From positions 32,001 through 96,000 of IMG/VR virus record IMGVR_UViG_3300043409_002154: 64,000 nt of DNA; one strand, 5' to 3'. Positions 30,245 through 38,611 of this stretch are shown here, piece after piece (the first letter of the stretch is position 1; every line of letters begins with the position of its first letter). Origin of the DNA: a virus. The position numbers and the translations under genes are program-made. The notes below the pieces were generated by a model. The model was given only the letters and a program-made list of their open reading frames with translations. It searched no databases and was not told the DNA's origin.

Positions 30245-30846
30245 TACATATCTTTTTTAACCCAATTATAAAATAATTCAGATATTTCTTTTGGGTTTGT
30301 TATATTTTTATTTTTTAACATCATTCTAACTTGACTAATTAACCCAACAAAATGTTCTGGTGGTACATTTTTATAAAAACCCTCAAAATTTGCTTCGTTT
30401 GGTTTAATTATTCCAAATTTAACAAATTCTCTTAATTTTCTTTTTGCAAATTCATCCGCAACCATTTCTATTTTTTTCATAAAAATTGCTGCCTCAATCA
30501 AACTAATATTACCTAAATAGCACTCATACATTTTTTCGGCTCCATATTTTTTAAATTGATATTGATGAGCGATTTCGTGAAATAATATAAATAAAAAATT
30601 TGGTAAACTATTGTTAAATATCGTTGAATTTAATATTACCCTATCATCTAAAGAAACCCCCATCCCCATTTTTAATGGTTCAACTGTTATTTTTTGACAT
30701 TCAGAATTTTCTATAAATTTATTTATTTTTTCAATTTGGGTATCATCAATATTAAAATTATCTTTAATTTGTGACAAAAAAATGTCAATACCTAAAGTTT
30801 CTTCGGTAATTAAATTATATTGTATTTTATTAATTTTATATCTCAT
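30244..30846 (-). CDS. HExxH zinc-metallopeptidase-like protein
   Basis: FILFHEIAHQYQ with downstream E..ADEFA; likely start is MRYKIN at 30846 (track start 30855). Confidence 0.6.
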   Translation of the reverse strand: MRYKINKIQYNLITEETLGIDIFLSQIKDNFNIDDTQIEKINKFIENSECQKITVEPLKMGMGVSLDDRVILNSTIFNNSLPNFLFILFHEIAHQYQFKKYGAEKMYECYLGNISLIEAAIFMKKIEMVADEFAKRKLREFVKFGIIKPNEANFEGFYKNVPPEHFVGLISQVRMMLKNKNITNPKEISELFYNWVKKDM

Positions 30847-30851
30847 AAACC

Positions 30852-31256
30852 TCAATATTCATTATTAGTTACCGTCTTAACAGGTAAATTAAAATAAAAT
30901 TTAAACCATTCTTTCATTGGTTCCTTCCAATGGTGACTAAACATAGAATTTAAATGTTCAGAGTATTTACCTTGAACTTCTAAAATTGGTGATTTATCTC
31001 TAAATGGTTTATGTGATACGTTATTTTTATCGTAGTAATCAACATCAAAATAATGAAAAACAACATCTGAATCTTCTTCACCTTCCCAATCTCCATTGTA
31101 AAATATTAAAAAATGTTCGTTTTCATCTAGATAATCGTATTCGCTTTCATCAAAATTTAAACCATATGTCCAATTAATTTTATTACCCTCAAGATAATCA
31201 TCGATATATTTACTAATTACATCGTGTAATTTATTTTTACTTATAATTGTTTTCAT
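30852..31256 (-). CDS. Hypothetical acidic protein
   Basis: 134-aa ORF coupled to both neighbours. Confidence 0.7.
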   Translation of the reverse strand: MKTIISKNKLHDVISKYIDDYLEGNKINWTYGLNFDESEYDYLDENEHFLIFYNGDWEGEEDSDVVFHYFDVDYYDKNNVSHKPFRDKSPILEVQGKYSEHLNSMFSHHWKEPMKEWFKFYFNLPVKTVTNNEY

Positions 31257-31768
31257 TATAATCCTCTAAATTCATTATCAACAACTGCGGATGCTATTAT
31301 TGTCCTATAAAATGGTTTGTATCCGGCGTAATTATGTTTATTATCAGATATAACTCTACCGTCATTATTAACTGTATAGTATCTTACACGGTCTTCAGTT
31401 TCATAATAACCGATATAATCTCCATAACTAATATCAATATTTAATTCGTCAAGATGTTTTTGGTACACCGAAACACTTAAATTACCCGGTTCAAGTTGTT
31501 CTATTTTTGAAGTTCCGTAAGTTTTATTTTCTGGAGATAGTATTTTAACATACCCTTTAAATTCAACCGGAGGTAAAAATTTAATTCCATCGGAAACGGA
31601 TTCACCGTAAACATTATCTGTTTTAGTTTTCATTCGGTCAATCCTATATAAAACTAATGTAAAATTTAAATCGCCATAAAGCCACTCAGAACCTACTGAC
31701 GTGTCTAAATCAAAATCTTCTTGTGAAAAAAATTTTCCTAACCTTGTTATTGGTACTTTGTTAACCAT
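31256..31768 (-). CDS. Neck/head-closure protein (gp14-like)
   Basis: DNVYGES...FLPPVE and ISYGDYI beta-barrel pattern; upstream of the tail terminator. Confidence 0.55.
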   Translation of the reverse strand: MVNKVPITRLGKFFSQEDFDLDTSVGSEWLYGDLNFTLVLYRIDRMKTKTDNVYGESVSDGIKFLPPVEFKGYVKILSPENKTYGTSKIEQLEPGNLSVSVYQKHLDELNIDISYGDYIGYYETEDRVRYYTVNNDGRVISDNKHNYAGYKPFYRTIIASAVVDNEFRGL

Positions 31769-31807
31769 TATTGATAAATATTAGAATAAGCCTTATTTTT
31801 CATTTAA

Positions 31808-33565
31808 TTGACATCAATAAAAAATAATACAATTGAACAAAAACCATTATCAATTCTAAGTGATTATAATGGGGCCAATAATTATATAATTAATTTAAAA
31901 ATAAAAAAAGAAAGTAATCATAAATTTTATTTAACCCCTTCTCAATCAGAATATTTAATTAACTATTCAAAAATAACCCCAAAAGTCGCAAAAAAATGGG
32001 TAGACATTGACCCTTATTTTGCAAAAAAAATTGCCGACGAAAAACTATTAACTTTTATACCTGAAAAAATTTGGGTTGAAAAATTACTTGTTGAAAAAGA
32101 AAAATCTTATCATATTTGGGGAAAAATTTTATCTGGAGATACAAATTATGATTTTTGGATGCCAAAAGGGGCGTTTATTAAAACCCACGTTATTAAAGAC
32201 GTAAAAATTGATTATAATAAATACTCTAATAGGTTTCCACTTGAACATCAAAAAATAGCGATTGAAAAATTGGCAGGGTCGTCAAGGTTTATTCTTGCGG
32301 ACGACATGGGGTTGGGTAAAACTCTAAGTGCGGTAATAGCCGCGTTGGAAACAAATGAAAAAAGAATATTGGTAGTTTGTCCTGCAACGCTTAAAATAAA
32401 TTGGAAAAGAGAATTTGAATTTTTTACAAAAAAAACAATTTTTATTGCTGAAAGTAAAACATTTTCTGACGATGCGGACATTGTGATTGTTAATTATGAC
32501 ATTCTTAAAAATTTTCACAATCCAAAAAACATTAAGGATTCTAGAATATATGATAAGTTTGATGTAATAATTGCGGACGAATGTCATTATGTGTCTAACC
32601 CCCAATCAAAACGAACTAAAATTTTTAATCATTTTGCAAAAAAATCAAAATATCTATGGTTATTGTCAGGAACCCCAATGACTAATCGTCCAATTAATTA
32701 TTTTAATTTACTTTCCCTTATTGATAGTCCGGTAGCCCAAAATTGGGTAGGGTATGCGGTTCGTTATTGCGAGGGGTACCAATTCAACGCTGGAGGTCGT
32801 AAAATATGGAATGTGTCTGGAGCGTCTAATTTAGAAGAATTAAGAGAAAGAACATCAAGACAATTTTTAAGACGATTAAAGACGGAAGTTTTAGAGTTAC
32901 CTGAAAAAATAATAACCCCAATTTATTTAAAATTAAAATCAAAATTGTACGAAAACTTAATGGGGGAATATTATGATTGGTTCGATAATAAAAAAGAAGA
33001 ATCAACATCACTTACAATTCAATTTAGTAAATTAATGAAAGTAAGGCAAGTTATTTCCGAAGAAAAAATAAATAATACAATTGAATTAGCCCAAAATATA
33101 ATTGACCAAGATAAAAAAGTTATAATTTTTACAAATTTTACTGACACATTAAATAGGATTGCTGACCATTTTGGTAAACAATCGGTTAGATTAGATGGGT
33201 CAACCCCAAAAATACAAAGACAAGAATCAGTAGACCAATTTCAAGAAAATGAAAAAGTAAAAGTGTTTGTTGGTAATATTAGAGCGGCCGGAGTTGGAAT
33301 AACTTTAACATCAGCAGAAGCGGTTATTATAAATGATTTGTCTTTTGTTCCTGGGGAATTAGCTCAAGCTGAAGACAGAGCTTATAGGTACGGCCAAAAA
33401 AATAACGTTTTGGTTTACTATCCAATATTTCATAATACTATTGAAGGGGGGATATATGATATTGTTGTTAATAAAAAACAAATCATTGATACTGTGATGG
33501 GTGATAATTTAGATAAAAGTGACGTTGTTGCTGAAATCATGAACAGAATACAAGAAAAAAGATAA
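31808..33565 (+). CDS. SNF2-family helicase (SMARCAL1/HARP-like)
   Basis: LADDMGLGKT, DECH, LSGTP, GVGITLT and QAEDRAYRYGQ motifs. Confidence 0.93.
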   Translation: MTSIKNNTIEQKPLSILSDYNGANNYIINLKIKKESNHKFYLTPSQSEYLINYSKITPKVAKKWVDIDPYFAKKIADEKLLTFIPEKIWVEKLLVEKEKSYHIWGKILSGDTNYDFWMPKGAFIKTHVIKDVKIDYNKYSNRFPLEHQKIAIEKLAGSSRFILADDMGLGKTLSAVIAALETNEKRILVVCPATLKINWKREFEFFTKKTIFIAESKTFSDDADIVIVNYDILKNFHNPKNIKDSRIYDKFDVIIADECHYVSNPQSKRTKIFNHFAKKSKYLWLLSGTPMTNRPINYFNLLSLIDSPVAQNWVGYAVRYCEGYQFNAGGRKIWNVSGASNLEELRERTSRQFLRRLKTEVLELPEKIITPIYLKLKSKLYENLMGEYYDWFDNKKEESTSLTIQFSKLMKVRQVISEEKINNTIELAQNIIDQDKKVIIFTNFTDTLNRIADHFGKQSVRLDGSTPKIQRQESVDQFQENEKVKVFVGNIRAAGVGITLTSAEAVIINDLSFVPGELAQAEDRAYRYGQKNNVLVYYPIFHNTIEGGIYDIVVNKKQIIDTVMGDNLDKSDVVAEIMNRIQEKR

Positions 33566-33611
33566 GGTACCTGTTATTAACAATTACGGTCCCTTGTAAT
33601 ATTTATTGTAA

Positions 33612-35162
33612 ATGGAAAAATTAAAATTAAAATCACAAAAGATTGAAAAACAAATCTTATTAGCCGAAAAACAAGACGTTAAAGAAACCCTTATTACCGA
33701 AATGAAAAAAATCGGTATTGAAAAATTACCCTATTCGTACACTTCTTTAAAAAAATTTATTGACTCTGAAACAATGTCAATACATTATAATCGTCATTAT
33801 AAAAATTATGTTGAAAAATTAAACAAACTAATTTCTAAAAAAGATTATCCAGATATGGAACTTGAAGAAATTGTTAAATCTATTAGTCAATTTAATAAAG
33901 GGGTTAGAAATAACGCAGGTGGGGCGTTTAATCACGCTTTGTTTTGGAAAATGTTGTCTCCGACAACTCAAGAACCTAATGGTGAAGTATTAGAAAGAAT
34001 TAAAAAAGATTTTGGTACATATAAAAGTTTTGTTAATATGTTTCAAAACGCGGCAAAAGAAAGATTTGGTTCTGGATGGGTTTGGTTGGTTTTAACTAAA
34101 AATAACGTATTAAAAATACTTTCTACTGAAAACCAAGACAATCCGTTAATGAATGTTGTTAAAGACGGGGGATACCCAATATTAGGGTTAGATTTATGGG
34201 AACACGCGTATTATTTAAAATATCGAAATAAAAGAGACGAATACGTTACTAATTTTTGGAAATGCGTGAATTGGGAATTTGTTAATTCACTTTATAATTC
34301 AAGATTAAAGAAAAAAATTAATGAAACTGAAAATTTACGTAAACTTATTTCTGAAACAAAATCAAATACTTGTAGTTGGCCAGAGATTGAAGCAATTAGA
34401 TTTATTTTTAATAACAATCCAAAAATTAAATATATGTACAGAACGGCTATAGATATAATTTTATCTGAAGTTTTTCCTGAACATTATTATAAAGAAAATG
34501 AGTATGAACCAAACAGTTTATATGGGATTTATGATTTAGAACAACCTGGAAGGTCAGGAATAAATAAATTAAACACTAATTATAACACTTTTTGTACCTT
34601 ACTTAAAGATATAAATCTTGTTATTTCCCGTGAAAAAGGAAGTAACCCAATAAATAAAATAAATATTGTTGGTGTTAAACCATTTGAACAAATATTACAA
34701 ACTAAAAAATTTATTGAATATTTAAACGAATATAAATTTCGAATCTTTTCAAGAAATTCAGAAACATTTAATAATTTAATGGTGATTTTAAAAGAAAAAG
34801 ACTCTATTGGTGAAAAAAGAGAATTGTCAGTTGTCAAAAAACTTAAAGAAATTTATGGTGAAGAAAACGTAATAAAAGTAGGTGAATTAGGTAGTAAAAG
34901 AGATACTAAAGATGGTATAGATTGTGAAATAATTATAAATGGTGAGGTATTAACCGCTCAAATAAAACCATTTTTAAAAGCGGAAGATATTGGGGAAAAT
35001 TTTAAAATGCACAATACTGGAAATGTAAAACCTTACAAAACAAATTTTATTATTTTTTCAACAATGAACAATAAAATAATGGTATTTAAAAATGATGATA
35101 TTAAAATTGAGAATGGTAATTATATAATACCAAAGAAAAATTTAATTCATAATATTTATTAG
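33612..35162 (+). CDS. sodA: Mn/Fe superoxide dismutase fused to a C-terminal extension of about 280 aa
   Basis: LPYSY, HYNRH, NNAGGAFNH, FGSGWVWL, NQDNP and DLWEHAYYL; the C-terminus has D..GID...AQIKP. Confidence 0.9.
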   Translation: MEKLKLKSQKIEKQILLAEKQDVKETLITEMKKIGIEKLPYSYTSLKKFIDSETMSIHYNRHYKNYVEKLNKLISKKDYPDMELEEIVKSISQFNKGVRNNAGGAFNHALFWKMLSPTTQEPNGEVLERIKKDFGTYKSFVNMFQNAAKERFGSGWVWLVLTKNNVLKILSTENQDNPLMNVVKDGGYPILGLDLWEHAYYLKYRNKRDEYVTNFWKCVNWEFVNSLYNSRLKKKINETENLRKLISETKSNTCSWPEIEAIRFIFNNNPKIKYMYRTAIDIILSEVFPEHYYKENEYEPNSLYGIYDLEQPGRSGINKLNTNYNTFCTLLKDINLVISREKGSNPINKINIVGVKPFEQILQTKKFIEYLNEYKFRIFSRNSETFNNLMVILKEKDSIGEKRELSVVKKLKEIYGEENVIKVGELGSKRDTKDGIDCEIIINGEVLTAQIKPFLKAEDIGENFKMHNTGNVKPYKTNFIIFSTMNNKIMVFKNDDIKIENGNYIIPKKNLIHNIY

Positions 35163-35163
35163 C

Positions 35164-36303
35164 ATGTTAAATGTTAAATTGTCAAAAAAACAATTAAAAG
35201 TTTTAGTAGAAGATATAAATAACGATATCAATTACTCATATAGACTTTGCAAACAATCAATTGACAAAAAAATTAAAGATTCCCCTTGGTGTGAATTAAA
35301 AAATGTAAGTTATCAAGCATCAGATGTTTTAAATAAACAATTACAGGAAACTTTAAACACCTTACTCGATTTTTTTCCTAGACATCATACAGGTATTTTA
35401 CCTAACATTATTAAAATTTCACAACAAGACCAAAATAGAACTATTTCGTTTTTAAAAACAATTGCCGATTTTATAAATGACCCATTGTTTAGTAATGACC
35501 AAACTAAAAAAACATTACAGAATCTTAAAACACTTGATGAAATACCAAGTAATTTAGAAGACCTTTTAAAAGTTGTAAGAGCAAAAGAATATTCAAATTA
35601 TGAAAATTCTTTTATTGGTGACGAATTTACACTTAAACGAGGAATGTTAAAATTAGATTACAAATGTGGTGATTTAACAGAAACTAAAAATTTTTTTGAA
35701 ATAATTAAAAAAATTAAACAGGATACTAAATTAGCTTCCGAATATTGTACAAAAATTATTGAATGTATGAAATATTCAATAAATAACGTAAATATCCCAC
35801 AAAAAGGGGATTTAATAACTAAATCGCCTTTATATGTTACTGAAAATGGTACCAATAAAAAGATTTTTGATGCTAATTCTTTTTTTGAAGTTAAAAAAAT
35901 GGACGTTGAAATTGATAGTTACCTTTCAGAATTTTTTTCTATTTTCAAATCAACAGAGTTAAAAAATTTAAAGCCGGAGTATATTCAAACATATAATAAA
36001 GTGATGAACGTATTATATTTGTGGGTTAAATCTTACGGAAATGAATTTTTAAATAATGTAAGTAAATCAATAAATGGTATAATTTATGATGAAAACATAA
36101 TTGTCCCAACTGAAAATATTGAATTTTATTGGTCAAACAAAGGACAACGAGGTTGTGATGAATTAAGACTTTCTATACGATTTAGAATTAAACCTCAAAT
36201 TACAAAAATTAATGCGTACAAATATACTAAAGGGTCAAATGTTCTTGAAAAATTTATTTTTCAAGTGAAACAAAAAGACACTGAGCAAATAATTTGTAAA
36301 TAA
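35164..36303 (+). CDS. Hypothetical protein, possibly a PD-(D/E)XK fold
   Basis: 379-aa ORF with KGDLI...FFEVKK; leader MLNVKLSKKQLKVLVE. Confidence 0.6.
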   Translation: MLNVKLSKKQLKVLVEDINNDINYSYRLCKQSIDKKIKDSPWCELKNVSYQASDVLNKQLQETLNTLLDFFPRHHTGILPNIIKISQQDQNRTISFLKTIADFINDPLFSNDQTKKTLQNLKTLDEIPSNLEDLLKVVRAKEYSNYENSFIGDEFTLKRGMLKLDYKCGDLTETKNFFEIIKKIKQDTKLASEYCTKIIECMKYSINNVNIPQKGDLITKSPLYVTENGTNKKIFDANSFFEVKKMDVEIDSYLSEFFSIFKSTELKNLKPEYIQTYNKVMNVLYLWVKSYGNEFLNNVSKSINGIIYDENIIVPTENIEFYWSNKGQRGCDELRLSIRFRIKPQITKINAYKYTKGSNVLEKFIFQVKQKDTEQIICK

Positions 36304-36347
36304 TTGAGAGTTTTCAATAACTTAAATATTTATACAATAAATACTTT

Positions 36348-37475
36348 ATGTCAATTATCGCAGAACCGCAAAGAACGGAACTTTATACAAGATTGAGGCA
36401 TTTACTTGGTGCTCCTCTTAGAAGTGTTGAATTAGAAGATGAGCAATTAGATTCTTTTTTACAATTATCAATCGATGATTATTCACAATATGTTCAAGAC
36501 TGGTTAATTGACTCACAATGGGCGTCTTTGGATAATCTTAATTTATCAACACAATCATTATCTAAAGCTTTTTTAACTAAAAGTTTAAATTATGAACAAC
36601 GTTATTCCTACGCATATTCAAAAATAGTTGGGTTACAAGCCGGTGGAGATTCGGTCTTAAAAAAAGATTATATTGTTTTAGAGCGAAACCAACAAATTTA
36701 TGAAATCCCAGCTGGAAGAGAAATTAATGAATTATTATGGTTTTCTCCAACAGAATTAAATAACGCTATGTTTGACCCTTGGTCTTTTGGGTCATTAGGT
36801 GCTGGAGGTGGATTAGGTGGTGGAGGTGGATTAGCTCAACCGGCCGGTATGGGTGGGGGGTATTTTATGATGCCGGCATTTGATATGTTGTTAAGAATGC
36901 AAGAGATTAACATTCAACGAAGAATTATTGCTGGAGATTTAACATATAGAATAACCGCGTTACCTGATGGTAAAAAAGCAATTCATTTAATGAACACCCC
37001 AGGTGGTAAATTTGATTTTGGTAACGGAACTTTAACTAAAGGTAAGGTTTGGTATTGGTATTATGATGTTGGTCCAGACGATAGAGACAAATGTTTAAAA
37101 ATGAATCCAGATATTATTAAATTACCATCAGACGTACCAATGGATAAAATTTACTGGGAAGAACTTAATAGCCCATCCCAAATTTGGATTCGTCGTTGGT
37201 TTTTTGCATACGCAAAAGAAGCTCTTGGAAGAATTCGTGGTAAATTTAGTGGTAATTTAAAAACACCAGATAGTGAACTAACTATGGATTACGCATCGTT
37301 ATTTACGGAAGCTAAAGATGAAAAACTTAAATTATTAGAAGAGTTAATTGGGGTTGAAGGTAGATTAACAAGACTAAGGCCAGAAAAAGTTATGGAAAGA
37401 GAGGCATTAATTGCAAAATCTTTAAACGACCAAATGAAATTTAGAGCGTTTCCAAGACAAATTTATGTAATTTAA
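36348..37475 (+). CDS. Neck protein / head-tail adaptor (T4 gp13-like)
   Basis: LLGAPLRSVELEDEQL and WIRRWFFAYAKEALGRIRGKFSG match the gp13 pattern. Confidence 0.8.
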   Translation: MSIIAEPQRTELYTRLRHLLGAPLRSVELEDEQLDSFLQLSIDDYSQYVQDWLIDSQWASLDNLNLSTQSLSKAFLTKSLNYEQRYSYAYSKIVGLQAGGDSVLKKDYIVLERNQQIYEIPAGREINELLWFSPTELNNAMFDPWSFGSLGAGGGLGGGGGLAQPAGMGGGYFMMPAFDMLLRMQEINIQRRIIAGDLTYRITALPDGKKAIHLMNTPGGKFDFGNGTLTKGKVWYWYYDVGPDDRDKCLKMNPDIIKLPSDVPMDKIYWEELNSPSQIWIRRWFFAYAKEALGRIRGKFSGNLKTPDSELTMDYASLFTEAKDEKLKLLEELIGVEGRLTRLRPEKVMEREALIAKSLNDQMKFRAFPRQIYVI

Positions 37476-37487
37476 AAAAATAAAAAT

Positions 37488-37847
37488 ATGAGTATAATTA
37501 AAAAAGGTAATTTTATAAGAAAAACAATTGGTGAAAAACAATTTAAAGTTGATTCTTTTGTTGATGAAGGTAAAAAATTTATAACTGAAGAAGTTTATAA
37601 TACTAATGGAGAGTATCTGTTAGTAATAAAAAACGTTGACACATGTAGAGTTACTTTAGATTCGGAAACAACTGACCATATTATAATTAAAGCGTTAACA
37701 GGAACATATATTGTTCCAAAACAAGGGTTAATTGATGACCAATATGGTGAAATTTTTATTGATAAAGGAGCTTGTGTTGAATTTTATTCCTTAGAAAACC
37801 AATGGTTTATAGTGTCTTCAGATGGACTTAAACTAGATGAAAATTAA
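37488..37847 (+). CDS. Hypothetical beta-rich virion-like protein
   Basis: 119-aa ORF ending VEFYSLENQWFIVS; co-oriented with the neck gene. Confidence 0.65.
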   Translation: MSIIKKGNFIRKTIGEKQFKVDSFVDEGKKFITEEVYNTNGEYLLVIKNVDTCRVTLDSETTDHIIIKALTGTYIVPKQGLIDDQYGEIFIDKGACVEFYSLENQWFIVSSDGLKLDEN

Positions 37848-37848
37848 T

Positions 37849-38562
37849 TTAAAACTCTGAATAAAAAACTTTACCTCGGTCAACAAAATCTTCGGTATTT
37901 TCGTTAAATTCTAATTGAATATTATTGTCAATAGGGTTAAAAATAAATTTACCAAAAGACCCTTCATTTATTTCCCACCCACTATAAAAATTACGTAAAC
38001 ACTCATATAAAAAATTTTCAACATCATTATCGTAACTTACGTTTAACAATCCATTATTTTCATCATAAACTGACGTTTCTATATCACCACTATCTCCACC
38101 GCCATGAAATTCAACATAAGCAATAGGAATACTAAATTCTGTTAATAGTTTCATAAATTTTATAATTCCTTTATTATCTTTAAAATCGGTAAAATCGTAT
38201 TCAGTGCCGGATTCACTTGTGCCAAAAACTCTTTCATTTAAAGTGATTAATATTTTACATTCTACCGCATCAATATTAATATCTAATTCGCCACTATTAT
38301 CACAATCAGAAAAAGATTTTGAAGATAATTCATTATCTTCCATAATTTGATTAATGACAGAATCGATAGCGTCGTAACTATCAAAAAAACGTCCAGTAGA
38401 TGAAATCCATTGGTCATTAAAATCGTCAATTTCACAATTGGAAATCCAAACTGTTTTATTAGTTTCGGTATGACCATGTGATTGTACATAATAAGAAAAT
38501 AATTTTAAAGTTTTTTTCTGAGTCGGGCTTAAATTATCAAAATCTTCTTTTGTGTTATTCAT
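37849..38562 (-). CDS. DUF6878-like protein
   Basis: VEFHGGGDSGDIE...GWEINEGSFGKF motif. Confidence 0.6.
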   Translation of the reverse strand: MNNTKEDFDNLSPTQKKTLKLFSYYVQSHGHTETNKTVWISNCEIDDFNDQWISSTGRFFDSYDAIDSVINQIMEDNELSSKSFSDCDNSGELDINIDAVECKILITLNERVFGTSESGTEYDFTDFKDNKGIIKFMKLLTEFSIPIAYVEFHGGGDSGDIETSVYDENNGLLNVSYDNDVENFLYECLRNFYSGWEINEGSFGKFIFNPIDNNIQLEFNENTEDFVDRGKVFYSEF

Positions 38563-38611
38563 AAATATTTTCTTTTCTTATAAATATTATAAATAATCTA
38601 AATATTAACAT

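Noticed and set aside
36797-36860. Direct repeat GGAGGTGGATTAG in the neck gene
   Set aside because: It is explained by a Gly-rich loop (GAGGGLGGGGGLA) in the protein.
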